Shown in pieces: positions 16,518-19,710 of a DNA stretch of 19,710 nt. The first letter of the stretch is position 1. Every line of letters begins with the position of its first letter. The notes below the pieces were generated by a model, which did no database searches, was not told the origin of the DNA, and saw only the letters and a program-made list of their open reading frames with translations. The DNA lies in the NCBI GenBank assembly GCA_963749655.1, contig CAVVOB010000036.1:1-19710 (forward strand), given 5' to 3'. A program made the translations under genes and the position numbers. This DNA is from Nitrospirota bacterium. GTDB lineage: Bacteria > Nitrospirota > UBA9217.

Positions 16518-17318
16518 ATGCGGTTGATGCAAGATATGGCCGAAAGAACGTCCATGAAAACACTGTCGACACATTTTCTGTTCCTGTACACGTTGAGCCA
16601 GCTCAAGCTCAAGTACCGGCACACCTATCTGGGGTTCCTTTGGAACTTCCTGGAGCCTGCCAGTTACCTGATCGTGCTGAGCATCATCTTTGCCGTGGTT
16701 AACCGCATGAACATCAGCAATTACGCCGTCTACCTCTTCGGAGCGCTGGTGGCCTGGCGGTATTTCGAGCGGACCGTGGGCCTCATGATGGAATCGATCG
16801 TGGGCGGCGACTGGCTGCTCAAGAAGATGCCCGTTTCACCGTTCGTTTTTCCCCTGTCGCGGTGGCTCATTGCAAGCGTTGAGTTCCTCTTCGCGTTTGT
16901 CGTCGTCCTGGGGCTTTTTCTCGTTCTCAAACCGGACTGGACCATACATCTCGTTGTCCTGCCCCTTGCGATGGTCCCCTGGGCGGTGCTCGGGCTGGGC
17001 ACCGGCATGATCTGCGCCGTGGTGTTCGTCTTTTTCCGCGATATCCGCCAGGTCGTTCAGATGCTGCTGATGTTCGTCTTCTTCACGTCGCCGATCCTGT
17101 TCAAGGCCGACCTCTTTGCCGAGCACTCGCTGCAGGCGGCGCTGCTGCGGCTTCATCCGATCACCTACTTCGCCGCGTTGTTCCAGAAGCCGCTCTATTA
17201 CGCTGCCTGGCCCGGCATGGCCGATTGGGGCGTCAGTATCGGCATCAGCACCCTGTCGCTGCTCGCCGGATGGTCCTTGCTGAACAGACTGAAGGGACGC
17301 TTATATTTTTACCTGTAG
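16518..17318 (+). CDS. wzm: ABC-2 type polysaccharide export permease (Wzm/RfbA-like)
   Basis: LKLKYRHTYLGFLWNFLEP, FRDIRQ, FFTSPILF and HPIT; about 6 TM segments. Start uncertain (16518, 16527, 16536 or 16554). Confidence 0.9.
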   Translation: MRLMQDMAERTSMKTLSTHFLFLYTLSQLKLKYRHTYLGFLWNFLEPASYLIVLSIIFAVVNRMNISNYAVYLFGALVAWRYFERTVGLMMESIVGGDWLLKKMPVSPFVFPLSRWLIASVEFLFAFVVVLGLFLVLKPDWTIHLVVLPLAMVPWAVLGLGTGMICAVVFVFFRDIRQVVQMLLMFVFFTSPILFKADLFAEHSLQAALLRLHPITYFAALFQKPLYYAAWPGMADWGVSIGISTLSLLAGWSLLNRLKGRLYFYL

Positions 17319-17337
17319 GAGGAGTGCACGAGGACCG

Positions 17338-18081
17338 ATGATCTTCAGCGCAACGAACGTACGCGTAGCTTTTGCCCGGAACACCCTGACGCAGCGGACC
17401 CTCAAGGGCGCTCTCGCGGGTCTGTTCACCCGCACCGCCGCTCCCCGGTTCCCCGCCCTTGACGGGGTGAGCCTCGAGATCGGCGAAGGCGAGCACGTCG
17501 GCGTCATCGGGCGGAACGGCGCGGGCAAATCCACGCTCCTTCGGGTGCTTGCCGGGGTCATCGAACCGCAGGAGGGATCGGTGTCCGTGGCCCGCGGTAA
17601 ACGCATCGTGCCCCTGCTGGAGCTCGGCATCGGCTTCCATCCGGACCTCTCGGGCAGGGAGAACTGCTATCTGGCCGGTTCGCTCATGGGGTATTCCGTT
17701 CGAGAGCTCGACGGAAGGATCCCTTCCATTATCCGCTTCTCCGAACTGGAGGAGTTCATCGACGAGCCGGTGAAGAACTATTCCTCGGGCATGTACGCGC
17801 GGCTGGCGTTCGCCCTGGCGACCGACGTGGAGCCCGATGTGCTGATCGTGGACGAGGTGTTCGGCGTGGGAGACGAGTTCTTCATGCGGAAGTGCGTCGT
17901 GCGGATGCAGCGGCTTATGAAGGCGGGTGCGACCACCGTTTTTGTGTCCCACAATCTTGATTTCCTGGTGGCGCAGTGCGACAGGCTGATCTGGTTTGAC
18001 CGGGGACGAGTGGCGATGGATGGAAATCCTGTCGATGTAGCATCCGCCTATCGGTGCTCAGAAGGGCTGCCTGCAGCGTAG
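17338..18081 (+). CDS. wzt: Polysaccharide ABC transporter ATP-binding protein (Wzt/RfbB-like), no C-terminal carbohydrate-binding domain
   Basis: Walker A GRNGAGKST, LSGREN, YSSGMYARLAF, Walker B LIVDE, VGD..F..K and SH; only 247 aa. Confidence 0.92.
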   Translation: MIFSATNVRVAFARNTLTQRTLKGALAGLFTRTAAPRFPALDGVSLEIGEGEHVGVIGRNGAGKSTLLRVLAGVIEPQEGSVSVARGKRIVPLLELGIGFHPDLSGRENCYLAGSLMGYSVRELDGRIPSIIRFSELEEFIDEPVKNYSSGMYARLAFALATDVEPDVLIVDEVFGVGDEFFMRKCVVRMQRLMKAGATTVFVSHNLDFLVAQCDRLIWFDRGRVAMDGNPVDVASAYRCSEGLPAA

Positions 18082-18109
18082 CAGGCAGGTGCGGCACGGT
18101 GGAGGAACT

Positions 18110-19279
18110 ATGCACGGAACAGTGATCATCAACGGCACGGCGCTGGGATCGAAATTAAGCGGCATCGGCGTCTACCTGCTGGGATTCCTGACGGCGCTGA
18201 CGGCGATCAAGACCGATATCGCTTTCATCGTCTATCTGAACAAGAGCGCCCGGTGCCATATTGAGCGCCTTCGGATCCCGCCGCATATGACGATCCAATG
18301 GACAACACGTTTTCTCTCTCCCGACTATAAATTCGCCGGCCATGCGCTCCGCCTGCTCTATGCCAATGTTATTGCCTTGCGCCACCGCAAGCTGCTCTGC
18401 TTCAACGGGAGCCAGCTGGAGGCCATGCTTTTTCGGCCGGGGCAGATAGTGATGGTTCACGATATCATCCCGCTGCTCGTCAAGCAGGGGCATTTGAAGC
18501 AGAATCTCCTGTTCCGCTATGTCCTTCCCCGCGTCTTGCGCTCCTCTGCGGCGATCATCACCCCGTCCGCCGTGGTGAAGGAACAGTTGATCGCGGTATT
18601 CAACCTCCCTGCGTCCAAGATCCACGTGATCCATCACGGCATTGAGCATGCCCGTCGAGCTGGGGACGGACGACCGTTCCCGGAAACCGGGCCGTATATT
18701 TTATACGTCGGCCGGGGAGATACCCATAAGAACCTGGACAGGCTCCTGGCCGGATTCCGGCGTATTCAGGACCTCCTGGTCCATACGCTGGTCCTGGTCG
18801 GGGTCGACGGCAATGGAAGCGGGGCGCGCGCCGCCGGTCAGGAGCGGGTCATGTACAAGGGGTATGTGTCCGAAGAGGAAAAAACAGCGCTCTACAGGAA
18901 CGCGTCACTTCTCGCGTTCCCCTCCCTGCAGGAAGGCTTCGGTCTTCCGCCGCTGGAGGCGATGCACCACGGATGCCCGGTGGTCGTCTCCTCCGCCTCC
19001 AGCATCCCCGAGGTGTGCGGGGACGCAGCGTATTACGTTGATCCCGACAATGTAGACAGCATCGCGGACGGAATATATCAAGTGGCAACGGACGAAGCGC
19101 TGCGGAACGATTTGATCGCGCGGGGTCTGGAGCGGGCGAGGATGTTTTCCTGGACGACATCAGCGGAAGCCCATGTGCGGCTGTTCCGAAGACACCTTGC
19201 CGAGCGGGGGGATGCCCGGCAGGAGAGGATCGGCATGGAGCAGGAAGAATATGCCCGGTTGCCGCGGCCTTTGATGTAG
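18110..19279 (+). CDS. Glycosyltransferase family 4 (GT-B retaining)
   Basis: SGIGVY, VHDIIP, HKN, FPSLQEGFGLPPLEAM (EX7E) and SIPEVCGDAAYYVDP; start ATG 18110 after GGAGG. Confidence 0.92.
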   Translation: MHGTVIINGTALGSKLSGIGVYLLGFLTALTAIKTDIAFIVYLNKSARCHIERLRIPPHMTIQWTTRFLSPDYKFAGHALRLLYANVIALRHRKLLCFNGSQLEAMLFRPGQIVMVHDIIPLLVKQGHLKQNLLFRYVLPRVLRSSAAIITPSAVVKEQLIAVFNLPASKIHVIHHGIEHARRAGDGRPFPETGPYILYVGRGDTHKNLDRLLAGFRRIQDLLVHTLVLVGVDGNGSGARAAGQERVMYKGYVSEEEKTALYRNASLLAFPSLQEGFGLPPLEAMHHGCPVVVSSASSIPEVCGDAAYYVDPDNVDSIADGIYQVATDEALRNDLIARGLERARMFSWTTSAEAHVRLFRRHLAERGDARQERIGMEQEEYARLPRPLM

Positions 19280-19352
19280 AAGGGCGGCCTCAGATGGCCT
19301 CATGATGGAGGAAACGCGCACGGCGCGTTCGCGCTGCTGCGAATCGCCTTCT

Positions 19353-19394
19353 TTCCAAGCTTCAAACACCAACCCTAAAGCACAAAATCCAAAG
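19353..19394. repeat. Degenerate heptamer repeat tract related to 11465-11521
   Basis: AAGCTTCAAACACCAA (14/16 to 11497-11512) and AAGCACAAAATCCAAAG (14/17 to 11465-11481). Confidence 0.5.
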
Positions 19395-19500
19395 CGATCA
19401 TAAAGAACGCCTCTCTCAAAGGCGCATACTTATACCCGGGTACGGTGCGCATCGGGAATGTGCTGTTGGGAGGGGGAGCGACTGACAGCCCTGAAGCGGG

Positions 19501-19710
19501 CTACTTTTTTGCCTTCTTCGCGGACTTCTTCTCGGCGGCCCGTGCTTCCAGTTCTTTCTTCGCGCGGCAGGCCATGCCGCTCCAGAGGCCGTACAGCAGG
19601 ACCTGGAGGGTGATGACCACGGCGTAGCCGGCGTGGAACACGTAGCCGAAGGACTCGGCGCTCTGTTGGGCGAGGTTCTCGATCGTGCGGTAGAGTCCGA
19701 CCATGTTGGT
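19501..19710 (-). CDS. 3' end of a membrane protein (partial, runs off the window)
   Basis: Frame is open to the window edge (TNMVGLY...); hydrophobic segment YAVVITLQVLLYGLW and a Lys/Ala-rich tail; host-like codon usage. Confidence 0.6.
   Translation of the reverse strand, partial: TNMVGLYRTIENLAQQSAESFGYVFHAGYAVVITLQVLLYGLWSGMACRAKKELEARAAEKKSAKKAKK

Noticed and set aside
19501-19710. Assignment of the partial terminal ORF to a specific family (e.g. exosortase-associated)
   Set aside because: Only ~69 C-terminal residues are visible, which is insufficient evidence.

Overview
GC-rich bacterial chromosomal window. The gene style suggests an anaerobic Gram-negative organism such as Nitrospirota or Desulfobacterota (inference only). 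From left to right it carries an NDUFA9-like NAD(P)-binding SDR and a GNAT acetyltransferase. A visibly AT-rich patch (~2370-4290) follows, with a consensus sigma70 promoter, a hairpin-rich ~390 nt leader, a DUF3800-like gene ending in a textbook integron attC site (no integrase in the window) and a TPR-like gene. Next come a barrel-only Omp85-family protein, an addiction-module/RelE-ParE toxin-antitoxin pair, an iron-sulfur flavoprotein with a DUF998-like membrane protein, and a small sigma54-driven 2-TM protein. An orphan RACo/AcsV-type ASKHA corrinoid reductive activator is transcribed divergently from an NlpC/P60 lipoprotein; both appear (near-)leaderless. The window ends with a 7-gene surface-glycan operon (TPR, TPR-GT9, two SAM methyltransferases, Wzm, Wzt without a C-terminal binding domain, GT4) bracketed by related heptamer-repeat tracts. 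Several REP/MITE-like inverted repeats lie in the intergenic regions. The best leads are the promoter + structured leader + DUF3800 cassette unit and the TPR-GT9/methyltransferase/ABC operon.
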